64,000 nt of DNA, taken from assembly GCA_030748775.1 (NCBI GenBank), contig JASMLH010000006.1, positions 3,074-67,073 on the forward strand, read 5' to 3'. Numbering within the stretch: position 1 is the stretch's first letter; the number at the start of each line of letters is the position of its first letter. Source of the DNA: Candidatus Thalassarchaeaceae archaeon (GTDB taxonomy: Archaea > Thermoplasmatota > Poseidoniia > Poseidoniales > Thalassarchaeaceae). This document shows, one piece after another, positions 38,496 to 48,241 of the stretch. The notes under the pieces were generated by a model. That model did not search any database, was not told the origin of the DNA, and saw only the letters and a list, made by a program, of their open reading frames with translations. Both the position numbers and the translations under genes were made by a program.

Positions 38496-39311
38496 ATGAA
38501 ATCGGAGGTCGATGTGGTAATTCCAACTTTCAGGAGACCCGATGCATTGGCAGCTTGTCTGAAGTCCTTAGAGAGGCAGGCGGTCCAACCACGCTCGATA
38601 GAGGTCGTTGACGACTCAGACACTAATCACGGTCCGGGAATTTCAAGAAACATTGGTTGGCGGAGGGGTTCTGGAAAAATAGTTGCATTCATCGATGACG
38701 ATTGCTTGGCGGATGAAGGTTGGATTGAGCAAATCCAATCAGTCTTTGATGTATACGATATCGGGGGAATTGAGGGTGGCATTACAACCACAAACACTTC
38801 GGGAGAAGTGGTCGACTTCAATCCCTCCAACCGGTTCAAGTGGGATCGCTTCAAAACTGCAAACATGGCCATCAGGAGGGACGTCCTGGAGGAAATTGGC
38901 GGATTCGACGAGAGGTACTTCCTTCACCGGGAGGATACCGATGTCGCTTGGAGAGTAATTGACTCGGGGCATAGGATGATCTGGGTACCGGAATGCAGGG
39001 TTCACCACCCAGAACCTATTGGGATTCACGGTGCTGTCTACGGGGCATATCCTCGCTCGGAGCAACTTCTATACCACTGCAATCCAAAGAAATTCGTTGA
39101 GTGCGCAGCATCAATGATTTCTAGAGAAAGCGTGAGAAATGGAAAATTGTGGAAGTTGCAAAGAGATATGCGGTCACTCCAGAAGCCACCAGACGTAAAG
39201 CCGCTGTCAAGACTGCAGTCCTGGTCCCTATGGTCCCGAGCATGGATTGTTGCAGTTTTCTGGCTCCTTAGGAAACACACCCTTGGAGAGCCAAAGAGTT
39301 CCTTCCACTGA
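38496..39311 (+). CDS. Glycosyltransferase family 2
   Basis: VVIPTFRR, VVDDS, SRNIG, AFIDDDC, GGFDERY..EDTD; ATG 38496 after GGAG. Confidence 0.9.
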   Translation: MKSEVDVVIPTFRRPDALAACLKSLERQAVQPRSIEVVDDSDTNHGPGISRNIGWRRGSGKIVAFIDDDCLADEGWIEQIQSVFDVYDIGGIEGGITTTNTSGEVVDFNPSNRFKWDRFKTANMAIRRDVLEEIGGFDERYFLHREDTDVAWRVIDSGHRMIWVPECRVHHPEPIGIHGAVYGAYPRSEQLLYHCNPKKFVECAASMISRESVRNGKLWKLQRDMRSLQKPPDVKPLSRLQSWSLWSRAWIVAVFWLLRKHTLGEPKSSFH

Positions 39312-39334
39312 TTTGAATGAGGCATTCTGGAAAA

Positions 39335-40048
39335 TCAGTCCCTCTTGTCCTCAAACTCGTAACCAAATCTATCAATCTCCCAATGACAATGTTTAGCAAT
39401 CAACGAAACCGATGAGTCGTCGTACATCAAGGAGTAATGTTCTCGGTTCTTGCGGGAGTCTGACTTAGCCCGTGGGAGTTTTACTCTTCCTAGACCTAGT
39501 GAGTCCAAGAGCTCGGGCCACTCCTCTTTCAGATTCTCGAACCTGATGAAACGATCTATTGCTGGTTTGTCGCCAAGCATGAAAATTGAGGTGTTAGTAA
39601 TTCGATCTGGGGAGGTCTGAATGAGAAAATCAGCGAATGTTAGTGTTTCGGGCAGACCTGGCATTCCATGTCCATACTTGTTGAAGTAGAAGAGTGAAAC
39701 AGCCCTATCCCATGGATTTCTTACAACGCAGAACTTGTAGTATTCATCGAAGGTCTTGGCATCTAGGCGCCTACTCAGAAGTTTCGCTGGTGTGTGATTG
39801 AAATGGTGAGCCGGGCCGCCTCCTCTTAGTCTGAACCATAGATCCCATTTCCTGTACATAGTTAGCGGAATTTGCGTATTCTGACTCCCTCTGTAGCCCA
39901 AATCCACCCTCATTTTCTCTTCGGATGGAGCAATTTGAGTGATTATGTCCTCTGGTCCGCAGTGCTTCGAGAGGGCGATTTCGATACTCGAACCTGCAGT
40001 CTTCCTAGTCTTCAGGAAGATGAATCTATTCTTATGCGAGACTATCAT
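39335..40048 (-). CDS. Sulfotransferase family 2 protein
   Basis: FIFLKTRKTAGSSI (5'-PSB), VRNPWDRAVSLFY (3'-PB), RFENL, FGY. Confidence 0.88.
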   Translation of the reverse strand: MIVSHKNRFIFLKTRKTAGSSIEIALSKHCGPEDIITQIAPSEEKMRVDLGYRGSQNTQIPLTMYRKWDLWFRLRGGGPAHHFNHTPAKLLSRRLDAKTFDEYYKFCVVRNPWDRAVSLFYFNKYGHGMPGLPETLTFADFLIQTSPDRITNTSIFMLGDKPAIDRFIRFENLKEEWPELLDSLGLGRVKLPRAKSDSRKNREHYSLMYDDSSVSLIAKHCHWEIDRFGYEFEDKRD

Positions 40049-40113
40049 TCACACCACTAGTTACCATCTGGAAAAAGAGTCAATCTTTCTAAATGTGTTT
40101 GTAGGTTCTTGAC

Positions 40114-40144
40114 TATATAAACAAGGTAGAGTGTGGGACTCTAC
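40114..40144 (+). promoter_or_regulatory. TATA box followed by a 7-bp inverted repeat
   Basis: TATATAAA at 40114-40121; GTAGAGT-N5-ACTCTAC at 40126-40144. Confidence 0.45.
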
Positions 40145-40197
40145 ATTGGGTTCAATCTTAGAGAAGAAGCAATATGCATCAGAGTTGGGGGCTGCTC

Positions 40198-41121
40198 GTG
40201 GGTTCCGTAATTGGCGTTGATGATGCCCGATGGATGCTGGATAATTCTGGATTGGCGGGATTGGAAAGGATCGAGCCCCTTGAAGGGGGCTGGGACAACA
40301 CTAGCGTTCTACTGACCCTAAAAGACGGGGGCTTTGTGGTTCTCAAAGCGTGGTTCGCGAATACGGTAGAAGAGGTGGCGAGAGTCATTGAACGACACTG
40401 TCACTTGGACTCACATGGCATCCCCACCCCGGTTCCATTTAGACTAGAGGGAGGGAGGATGCTAGCAGAGAAGGACGGAGTGGCATGGACGTTGCTTCCG
40501 TACTTCTCAGGGGGAATTCTCGACTCTGATGAAGAGTCCCTGAGAAGCCTGGGGGAGGTCCAGGCAAAGATGCACATGGTTCCAACCAGTGAGTGTTTCC
40601 CTGATGTTTACACAATGGGATTCGGGCTCTTCGAACAGATATTGAGTATTGGAGGTGAATGGGAGAGTCATCCATTCCTGGAATTACTCGAGAACGAGGT
40701 TCCTGCACTGAGAGAAGGGGTTTCTCCAGAACTTCCGTCAGGGATTCTGCATGGGGATTTGTTCCCGGACAACGTAATCGGTTCGGGAGGGGAGGTATCG
40801 GCAATTCTCGACTTGGAGGAGGCTTGGATTGGTCCTCTGGCATTCGACTTAGCGATGTCTTTCGTTGGTTTCGGGTGGGAGGATGGCAGACCCGTCGAAA
40901 GTCGATGGGTGGCGCTCGTAGAAGGCTACCAGTCGGTAAGGAGCCTGACTTCGGCCGAGGTGTCTGCACTGCCTGTCTTGCACCGCTATTCCACGCTATC
41001 CATTGCATGCTGGAGATTCTGGAAGCACAATATCAGTATTCCAGACTATTCTCTGTCGGATAGGTACCGTGAGATGGTTGATAGGTTGAAGGTCGACTTC
41101 GACCTCAGGGGGGCCTTCTGA
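40198..41121 (+). CDS. Homoserine kinase type II / APH-family phosphotransferase
   Basis: LEGGWDNT, VLK, LPSGILHGDLFPDNV, AILDLEEA, FDLA; start uncertain (40174 or 40198). Confidence 0.8.
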   Translation: MGSVIGVDDARWMLDNSGLAGLERIEPLEGGWDNTSVLLTLKDGGFVVLKAWFANTVEEVARVIERHCHLDSHGIPTPVPFRLEGGRMLAEKDGVAWTLLPYFSGGILDSDEESLRSLGEVQAKMHMVPTSECFPDVYTMGFGLFEQILSIGGEWESHPFLELLENEVPALREGVSPELPSGILHGDLFPDNVIGSGGEVSAILDLEEAWIGPLAFDLAMSFVGFGWEDGRPVESRWVALVEGYQSVRSLTSAEVSALPVLHRYSTLSIACWRFWKHNISIPDYSLSDRYREMVDRLKVDFDLRGAF

Positions 41122-41600
41122 TGAGCGGGATTGTGCACTCGGTGAACATCAGCTCTGGGGGGGTTCCCAAGTCCCCGATCGATTCGGCGCACGTTAGTGA
41201 AGAAGGAGTCGAGGGGGACTTCAACAGGTTCCGAGACGGGAATAGAGGGGGCGATCCGGATCGTGCCGTGTGCATCTTCTCGATTGAGAGAATCGAGTCT
41301 CTCAAGGAAGAGGGGCATCCCATAGAAGTGGGTTCAACTGGAGAGAACCTCACAATTCGGGGTGTCGAGTGGGGCTCTCTGAAGGTGGGAGCTATTCTTG
41401 AGATAGGGGATACATCCCTGGAACTGAGCGAGCCGTGTGCCCCCTGCAGCAAGATAGGTGGATCATTCTTGGAACGCCGTTTCGCGAGGGTTGACCACAA
41501 TCAGGAGTTCGGCTGGTCGAGGTGGCTCGCCCGAGTGCTGCGAGAAGGCACTGTTTCCGTAGGGGATTCCGTAGATATCGTTTTTACAGGGAAGGACTAA
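41121..41600 (+). CDS. MOSC domain protein (YiiM-like)
   Basis: GGVPK, GVEGD, DRAVC, GENLTI, PCAPCSKI, ARVLREGTV. Confidence 0.88.
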   Translation: MSGIVHSVNISSGGVPKSPIDSAHVSEEGVEGDFNRFRDGNRGGDPDRAVCIFSIERIESLKEEGHPIEVGSTGENLTIRGVEWGSLKVGAILEIGDTSLELSEPCAPCSKIGGSFLERRFARVDHNQEFGWSRWLARVLREGTVSVGDSVDIVFTGKD

Positions 41601-41609
41601 GGTGATTGC

Positions 41610-42506
41610 ATGATGATGAACAGTAGGGGCACTCGTGTCGGTTTCTGGAATAGAATATCAAGAGGATGGAAGGTTACAAAACTCGGAATGGCAGTAATCA
41701 GGGCTGACCCTGAACTGATGGTCTACACCTTTCTGTCTGCAGTTCTCTCAATTTTCGCGATTGGTGCGGCTATCTCGGGATCTATTGGCCTAGAGGCCAT
41801 CACCCAATCTGAAGCAACAACTAACGAAGAGGGTGCCAACTTAGTCGATGCAGGTCACCTGGCCATCTGGTTCGCATTCTACCTAGTCATCTCGGTAATC
41901 ACCGTCTTCTGGAATGCAGCAATTATAGCCAGCGCATACGAGCGCATGACCACCGGTACCAATCCCAGTTTCTCTTACGGAATCAGGCAGGCGATGAAGT
42001 GCCTGCCCCAGATTCTGGTATGGGGGGTTATATCAGGAACAGTCGGGTTGTTTCTGCAAATACTGGAGGGCATCTCCAGAAACCCTGAATCCCCTATCCC
42101 CCTGAGAGTAGTTACAGGATTCGCCTCGTTCATACTAGGCATAGCCTGGTGGGTTGTCACCTTCTTCGTGATTCCAGTGATTGTGCTAGAGAGGGCGGGG
42201 GTATTAGAGGGAATGAACCAGAGCCCCAAGCTGTTCAAGAAGACATGGGGGGAGGACATTGTGTCCCACGTAGGGACAGGCCTACTGCTGACCCTCGTCA
42301 TTTTCGTCCTGTTCCTTGTTTTCGTCCCGATAATGAGCGTGGGCGGATCGGTGGCGGTCCTAGGCGCAGTCGCACTGGTTTTGTCGGTGCTTCTGACTGC
42401 CCTCTTCTTCACTACAGTGGAGGCCGTCAACAGGGCATCACTCTACTATTACGCAAAGACAGGTGAGGCTCCCCCTATGGCGCAAAAGTACGGACTGAGC
42501 TTCTGA
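41610..42506 (+). CDS. Multi-pass membrane protein (DUF6159-like)
   Basis: About 6 TM; FVIPVIVLE..S..LFKKTWGE, LYYYA. Confidence 0.65.
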   Translation: MMMNSRGTRVGFWNRISRGWKVTKLGMAVIRADPELMVYTFLSAVLSIFAIGAAISGSIGLEAITQSEATTNEEGANLVDAGHLAIWFAFYLVISVITVFWNAAIIASAYERMTTGTNPSFSYGIRQAMKCLPQILVWGVISGTVGLFLQILEGISRNPESPIPLRVVTGFASFILGIAWWVVTFFVIPVIVLERAGVLEGMNQSPKLFKKTWGEDIVSHVGTGLLLTLVIFVLFLVFVPIMSVGGSVAVLGAVALVLSVLLTALFFTTVEAVNRASLYYYAKTGEAPPMAQKYGLSF

Positions 42507-42520
42507 AATCGGGGGATGCT

Positions 42521-42691
42521 ATGCCCATCGGTGGAGAGCAAATCATCGAGGAGCTGGGTGCTGCCATCGCTGATAGCGTCCCCGATGGAAAGGAGGGGGG
42601 CATTTGGAGAGTCATCCGTCTGTGCTTAGCCTACTTATTGCCCCTTATCCCGATAGGTTATCTGTTCCTGTGGATTGCAGGATACCTCTGA
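42521..42691 (+). CDS. Small (56 aa) membrane protein, below ORF-track cutoff
   Basis: MPIGGEQIIEELGAAIADSVPDGKEGGIWRVIRLCLAYLLPLIPIGYLFLWIAGYL; GGGGG upstream; fills the gap before the tRNA. Confidence 0.55.
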   Translation: MPIGGEQIIEELGAAIADSVPDGKEGGIWRVIRLCLAYLLPLIPIGYLFLWIAGYL

Positions 42692-42722
42692 AATAGACCG
42701 TAGTACGCCCGCGCAACCAATA

Positions 42723-42807
42723 GCAGAGGTACCCGAGCGGTCAAAGGGGCTGGGATGAGGTCCCAGTGCGTAGTGCTTCGCAGGTTCGAATCCTGCCCTC
42801 TGCACCA
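42723..42807 (+). tRNA. tRNA-Leu (GAG), CCA encoded
   Basis: Acceptor GCAGAGG/CCTCTGC, anticodon arm CTGGG-ATGAGGT-CCCAG, long variable arm, GCAGG-TTCGAAT-CCTGC, ACCA. Confidence 0.95.
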
Positions 42808-42823
42808 ATATTGGCAGCATCGG

Positions 42824-43420
42824 TTAGTGGAGGGCCACCCAAAGAGCCACTCCAAACAGTGAAGCGCCCATTACACGATTGAGGACAACAGCCGACTCTG
42901 GGGTACTGAAGGCCCTCCTCAAACGGTTCCCAAAAGAGGCCCAAATCATCACTGCAGGGAGGCCGAACACCAGGTTAAGGAGGACGAGGAGAGCCATTGC
43001 AAGCATTCCGCTACCGAATAGGCTCCCGAAGCTAGTCATCAGGACAAGGAAGTGTATCCAGGCCTTCCCATTCACCAGTTGTAGGGAGACCCCGGTCGGG
43101 AAGCCCAGCCTCTCTCTGCTCTGCTCCTCGTCGGAAAGAGGGGACGCGGTAGCGATTTTGAATGAGAGGAGCGCGATGTACGCTGCTCCGACTAGAGTAA
43201 GGGCGTCGAAAGCCTTCCTGTTCTCCTCGATGAACACGGTCGCTCCGCCCACGAACAATCCTAGCGATGACCAACCTACGGCCATTCCGGCGATCAGAGG
43301 CATTGTCCCTCTGAGGCCATGTTGGGATCCATGGGCGGCGCATAGGACGTTGTTAGGCCCGGGTGAGAAGCACATCGGGACAATGAATGCAAGAGTGAGC
43401 AAGAGTAGCTCGGTATCCAC
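42824..43420 (-). CDS. LysE/RhtB family translocator
   Basis: SPGPNN, GAAYI, LQLVNGKAW, LNRVMG. Confidence 0.88.
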   Translation of the reverse strand: MDTELLLLTLAFIVPMCFSPGPNNVLCAAHGSQHGLRGTMPLIAGMAVGWSSLGLFVGGATVFIEENRKAFDALTLVGAAYIALLSFKIATASPLSDEEQSRERLGFPTGVSLQLVNGKAWIHFLVLMTSFGSLFGSGMLAMALLVLLNLVFGLPAVMIWASFGNRLRRAFSTPESAVVLNRVMGASLFGVALWVALH

Positions 43421-43432
43421 GTTATAGCCTCC

Positions 43433-44626
43433 CTAGGCGGGTTGGCAGGCCTTGTTCAATGCCTGGTCGATATCGGACCACAGGTCCTCTACATCCTCTA
43501 TCCCTACGCTCATCCTTACGAATCCTGGTACTATTCCTGCCTCTAGTCTGACCTCCTCGGGAACGAAAGAGTGGCTGGTATTGAAGGGGCATTCGACTAG
43601 GCTCTCGACTCCACCCAAGCTTGTGGCCTCGAATATCACCTCTAGTGCGCGCACGAATCTCAAAGCGGCATCGTCGCCACCGGAAACTGCGAATGAGAGC
43701 ATCCCAGTTCCCCTTGGGACTATTCGCTTTGCAACCTCATAGTCAGCATAGCTGGGGAGTGACGGGTGGTTCACGCTTTCTATAGAATTGTGATTCTCTA
43801 GCCTACGCGCTAGTTCGGCTGCGTTCGAAGCATGTATCGGCATTCTAGCGTGAAGTGTCCGCATCCCCCTTTCCAGAAGGTAACACATTTGCGGATCTGC
43901 AGCCCCTCCGAATCTGGACTTGAAGTGGAATACCTCCTTGATCAGGTCCTCCCTGCCAACCACAATCCCGGCTGTCAGGTCAGTGTGCCCATTCAGGAAC
44001 TTGGTCCCAGAGTTGATTACAAGGTCAAAGCCCATCGAAATCGGTCTGCATGCCCATGGAGTTGCGAATGTGTTGTCGACTACAGATACAAGGCCATGCT
44101 TCTTTGCCAGCGACACCATTTCCTCTAGGTCGCATACCTTCAGCACTGGATTGGTAATAGTCTCGACGTAGAGGACCTTGGTGTTCTCCTTTATCGCTGC
44201 CTCAAATGATGAGGGTTCTCGGATGTCGGCCATTGTGACCTCGATACCGTATCTTGGCAGTTCCGAAGTCATTAGTCCGTAGGTGCCTCCGTAGATGTCA
44301 GCTGACGTGACCACGTGGTCTCCCTGAGAGAGCAATGAAAGCAGCGTTGACGAAATTGCAGACATACCACTGGCGAACGTCTCCCCGTCCTCTGCACCCT
44401 CCAACGAGGCCACCTTTGCAGACACTGCCTCCGAGTTAATGCTGGAGTATCGGCTGTATAGCAGAGTATGCTGGCCCCCGGTCTCCATCCATTTGCGATA
44501 CCTTTCATCAGTCAGTTGGTAAGTAGAAGTCGCAAAAATGGGAGTGGTTGCTGACCCCTCGATGTTATTGGTGCCCGACCATACTGCTCTGGTGTCGAAG
44601 GCCCTGTTGGAGAACTTGTCTGCCAT
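43433..44626 (-). CDS. Trans-sulfuration PLP enzyme (methionine gamma-lyase / cystathionine gamma-synthase-like)
   Basis: YSRY, FASGMSAI, IYGGT, DNTFATP, SGTKFLNGH, SLGGVESL, RMSVGIED. Confidence 0.9.
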   Translation of the reverse strand: MADKFSNRAFDTRAVWSGTNNIEGSATTPIFATSTYQLTDERYRKWMETGGQHTLLYSRYSSINSEAVSAKVASLEGAEDGETFASGMSAISSTLLSLLSQGDHVVTSADIYGGTYGLMTSELPRYGIEVTMADIREPSSFEAAIKENTKVLYVETITNPVLKVCDLEEMVSLAKKHGLVSVVDNTFATPWACRPISMGFDLVINSGTKFLNGHTDLTAGIVVGREDLIKEVFHFKSRFGGAADPQMCYLLERGMRTLHARMPIHASNAAELARRLENHNSIESVNHPSLPSYADYEVAKRIVPRGTGMLSFAVSGGDDAALRFVRALEVIFEATSLGGVESLVECPFNTSHSFVPEEVRLEAGIVPGFVRMSVGIEDVEDLWSDIDQALNKACQPA

Positions 44627-44659
44627 GGTCCCGGATTGGTGGGGTGGACATAACCGTAC

Positions 44660-45721
44660 TCATCCTAGGCCAATAGCAGACAAGACGGATTGCAAATTGG
44701 GGTTCACGACCGTCGATCTGGACTTAGCATTCTCAATCGCCACTCCCGGGTCCTTGAGCCCGTGTCCTGTGACTGTGACCACCACTGTGGAGTCCTTAGG
44801 AATGGCCCCCATGGAGTGGCTCTTGACGATGCCTGCTATGCCTGCCGCGGAAGCTGGCTCGACGAATATTCCCTCTGTCCTAGCAAGCATCCTTTGGGCG
44901 TCTAGTATCTCTTCATCGCTTACGCAATCGATTGTTCCAGAAGACTCCTCTGCAGCTCGGGCTGCTTCCTCCCAACTTGCTGGATTTCCGATTCTAATTG
45001 CTGTGGCAACGGTTTCTGGTGACTTCACGACTTCTCCTCTTACTATTGGGGCTGCACCCTCTGCCTGCCATCCCATCATTCGAGGAAGCGAAGATGTGCG
45101 TCCTGCATCCCTATATTCGTTGTATCCCAACCAGTATGATGTGATGTTTCCAGCATTTCCCACGGGCAGGAAATGCATGTCTGGGGCCTCTCCAAAATCG
45201 TCGCATACTTCGAATGCCGCTGTCTTCTGTCCTTGGATCCTAAAGGGGTTTATGCTGTTCACTATCTCAATCTCTTCCCTCTCGCCAAGCCCCCTAACTA
45301 ATTCCAGAGAATCGTCGAAATTTCCCCTAACCTCCAGGGTCTTGGCACCGTGAATCAGGGCCTGGGACATCTTTCCGTACGCTATCTTTCCTTCGGGAAT
45401 AAGGACAACGCAGGTCATCCCAGCCCTGGCTGCATATGCTGCTGCAGATGCACTGGTGTTTCCGGTACTCGCACAGACGATAATTCTAGCACCTCTTTCG
45501 AGGGCCTTAGTTACTGCCAGTGTCATCCCTCTGTCCTTGAAAGAGGCAGTTGGATTCAGTCCTTCGAACTTGATGTAAACACGGAAGTCCCCTCCAAGGG
45601 CACTGACCAGGTTTGGAGCTTCTATTTGGGGGGTGTTTCCCTCTTTCAGCGAAACTATTGGAGTGTCGCTCTCAACAGGTAAGAATTCCCGGTAGCGACG
45701 AATAATGCCATGTCCGGTCAT
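44660..45721 (-). CDS. thrC: Threonine synthase
   Basis: EGNTP, EGLNPTASFKDRG, CASTGNTS, NSINPFR, PVGNAGN, AIRIGNP, TGHGLKD. Confidence 0.95.
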   Translation of the reverse strand: MTGHGIIRRYREFLPVESDTPIVSLKEGNTPQIEAPNLVSALGGDFRVYIKFEGLNPTASFKDRGMTLAVTKALERGARIIVCASTGNTSASAAAYAARAGMTCVVLIPEGKIAYGKMSQALIHGAKTLEVRGNFDDSLELVRGLGEREEIEIVNSINPFRIQGQKTAAFEVCDDFGEAPDMHFLPVGNAGNITSYWLGYNEYRDAGRTSSLPRMMGWQAEGAAPIVRGEVVKSPETVATAIRIGNPASWEEAARAAEESSGTIDCVSDEEILDAQRMLARTEGIFVEPASAAGIAGIVKSHSMGAIPKDSTVVVTVTGHGLKDPGVAIENAKSRSTVVNPNLQSVLSAIGLG

Positions 45722-45786
45722 GGATGAGCCTGAGCGTGATACAACATGAACCTGACCGAATGACGAGATGTTATCGAGGGTCCCTG

Positions 45787-46458
45787 CTAGTCCGCAGAGC
45801 CAATCTTTCCTGCAGTTGCGAGGCAAACTGCTACTACAGGTCCAATTGCAAACGCAAACAGAACCGTTCCGAATCCGAAAGTCCCCCCCAGCAAAACCCC
45901 AATTACTAGAACGGAAATCTCAATGGTTACCCTCACTCTTCCAATTGGGACGCCTGTTACCCTCTGGAGTCCGGTCATCCAACCATCTCTTGGGCCGGGT
46001 CCTAGGTTTGCTGTTAGGTACATAGAGCTGCCAATTCCAACGAGGATTATTCCTGAGGAAGCCATTAGAATAGAGCCGACAAAGCTCTCAGGCTGGGGCA
46101 ATATTGGGACCATGATGTGGATCGTGAGGGCGATTATGATGGCATTCAGGATTGTTCCGATTCCGGGAATCTCCTTGATGGGTATCCATAGAAGCATTAC
46201 TGCGACGCTGACGAGGAACGTAGCCTCTCCAATGGTCCAAATTTCGGCATAGATAGCTATGCCTTCTGCTAAGACTGTCCAAGGGGTATTTCCGATCCCA
46301 GCTGCAATCAGAAGTGAGTCGCCCAGACCGAACAGAAATTCTCCGATCACCAGAATGGCCATAGTAGGCCACTTTGGCCTAATCGACATTGGTTCCGGGG
46401 AGCTCCACCAGACGGTGGGCACCTTCTTTGCCGGCCTCAGAAAATCCCATGTCCCCAT
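45787..46458 (-). CDS. YczE/YitT-like membrane protein
   Basis: GIGNTPWTVL, GIGTILNA, LGPGPRDGWM, GFGTV..IGP. Confidence 0.85.
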   Translation of the reverse strand: MGTWDFLRPAKKVPTVWWSSPEPMSIRPKWPTMAILVIGEFLFGLGDSLLIAAGIGNTPWTVLAEGIAIYAEIWTIGEATFLVSVAVMLLWIPIKEIPGIGTILNAIIIALTIHIMVPILPQPESFVGSILMASSGIILVGIGSSMYLTANLGPGPRDGWMTGLQRVTGVPIGRVRVTIEISVLVIGVLLGGTFGFGTVLFAFAIGPVVAVCLATAGKIGSAD

Positions 46459-46476
46459 CGAGCAACGCTGGAGGAT

Positions 46477-46791
46477 TCAGCCTTCAACCCAACTGGTGTA
46501 ATCAGTGCTAGAGTCGGCCTTCCATGCTATTATCTGGGGTGTATCATATGGGTGATTTTTCGAAACCATGCAGTTCAATTCTTGGACTTTCGACTTAGAG
46601 GTCTTCATCTGGACTCTCCACTCCTGCGATTCCTCTATCTGATCCTCCCACTTGTAGACTGATGTGACCAAATTCCTCTGAACACAGGCAGCCAAGCCAG
46701 ATTCAACCAGTTCGAATGCCCATTGTCCGACAAGAGGCTCGGGCCAGTCACCGGGAAGAGTGGTCTGTACCACCCAGACATTCCCATCCAT
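46477..46791 (-). CDS. cutA: Divalent-cation tolerance protein CutA
   Basis: LVESGLAACV, SVYKWE, MKT, HPYDTPQI. Confidence 0.92.
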   Translation of the reverse strand: MDGNVWVVQTTLPGDWPEPLVGQWAFELVESGLAACVQRNLVTSVYKWEDQIEESQEWRVQMKTSKSKVQELNCMVSKNHPYDTPQIIAWKADSSTDYTSWVEG

Positions 46792-46870
46792 GTCTCTGCG
46801 TGAGGACTATCACGGATGAATCCCATGGCATAATTTGAATGAGGGTGCGGGTATCGGCGAGGTGAATACG

Positions 46871-48232
46871 ATGGAATCCTGGGAGAACCCTATCGAGACC
46901 GGGGAGGTTCCGGAAGACGGTTCAAGGTTTGACGTGATTGTGGTTGGTGGTGGGCCGTGTGGTTCTGCTGCAGCTGCATACCATTCGATGAATGGATGCA
47001 AGGTACTTCTGATTGAGAAGGAGGTTTGGCCGAGAGACAAGCCCTGTGGTGATGCAGTGGGTGGTAAGTCGCTCTCACACGTGAAGGAGCTGGGAGTAAA
47101 GAAGATGATAGAGGAGACTCCTCACTTCACTGTCGATTCTATCGTTTTCGGAAGCGCCAACGGTAACAGCGTCAGAGTAATGCTCCCTAAGGAAGAGCTC
47201 GAGAAGAAGATGGCTGGCTACTCGCTGCCCAGGGTTCAGTTTGACTACATGATGTTCAAGAGAGCGACGGAAATTGTAATTGGAGCCGGGGGCTCGGTGG
47301 TTCAGGGCTTTGCAGTAGGAGAAGTGCACGATGACGATGGGAGAATTTCCGGAGTCTCAGGTAGCTTTGGGAAGAGAGGGTCGGGCAACCCTACTCTGCG
47401 CTTCTCGGGGGCTCTGACTATTGGTGCCGGTGGATACAGATGCCCAGTTGCTACAGCACTAGTGGAGAGGATTCACGGCGAGGCGATGAGAGACGATGAC
47501 CACTACTGCGGTGCATACAGGGAGTATTGGGAGGGAGTCGGTGGCTTCCAAGGCAGCGAGGGGCCAATAGAAATTCACTTCATAGATGAGGTGGTTCCGG
47601 GCTATTTCTGGTTGTTCCCGGTTCAAGAGGGCGTGGTTAACGTCGGAATAGGGATGGTTATCTCAGAGCAACGAAAGCAGAAGGGTGCTGACAAGTCCCT
47701 GAAGAAGAAGCAGAGATGGGTGATTGAAGAGCATCCGATATTCAAAGAGCGATTCAAGAACGCGAAGCTTGTACAAGGTTCACAGAAAGGATGGCAGCTT
47801 CCATTCGGTTCTCCAAGAAAGGATCCCGCGCCGGAGTTCCAACCGAGGAGATCCGCGGGGGCGGGGGTAATGTGCGTAGGCGACGCGGCTAGCTTGGTAG
47901 ACCCTTTCACCGGGGAAGGAATAGGGAACGGTCTCGTATCTGCCAAGATGTCCGCCAAGTACTTCGACAAGGAGGCTCATTCAGAGGGCTTCCCCGAGGA
48001 AGCCGCTATAGAGTACATGGAGGATCTCTGGAGCACACTTGGCAAGGAGCTTACTAACTCGCATAGACTGCAGAAGTTAGTGAAGTGGAAGAGAGTAATG
48101 AACTGGTTTGTCGGAAAGGCCTCGAAGAAGGAAGAGATGGCAGACATGATGACAGGAATGATAGCGGACAAGGAAGCACAGAAGGCTCTATGGAGCCCGT
48201 GGTTCCTGTTCAAGACGATAATTCTGCCCTGA
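46871..48232 (+). CDS. Geranylgeranyl reductase family FAD oxidoreductase
   Basis: DVIVVGGGPCG, RDKPCGD, PGYFWLFP, NVGIG, VGDAASLVDPFTGEGI; ATG after GGTGA. Confidence 0.9.
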   Translation: MESWENPIETGEVPEDGSRFDVIVVGGGPCGSAAAAYHSMNGCKVLLIEKEVWPRDKPCGDAVGGKSLSHVKELGVKKMIEETPHFTVDSIVFGSANGNSVRVMLPKEELEKKMAGYSLPRVQFDYMMFKRATEIVIGAGGSVVQGFAVGEVHDDDGRISGVSGSFGKRGSGNPTLRFSGALTIGAGGYRCPVATALVERIHGEAMRDDDHYCGAYREYWEGVGGFQGSEGPIEIHFIDEVVPGYFWLFPVQEGVVNVGIGMVISEQRKQKGADKSLKKKQRWVIEEHPIFKERFKNAKLVQGSQKGWQLPFGSPRKDPAPEFQPRRSAGAGVMCVGDAASLVDPFTGEGIGNGLVSAKMSAKYFDKEAHSEGFPEEAAIEYMEDLWSTLGKELTNSHRLQKLVKWKRVMNWFVGKASKKEEMADMMTGMIADKEAQKALWSPWFLFKTIILP

Positions 48233-48241
48233 GGTGAAAGC

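Noticed and set aside
42723-43420. Integrated element at tRNA-Leu (or at tRNA-Cys)
   Set aside because: No integrase and no duplicated tRNA 3' end noticed; the flanks are metabolic genes.
44538-45353. 271-aa + strand ORF
   Set aside because: Antisense to thrC and the trans-sulfuration gene; no motif.
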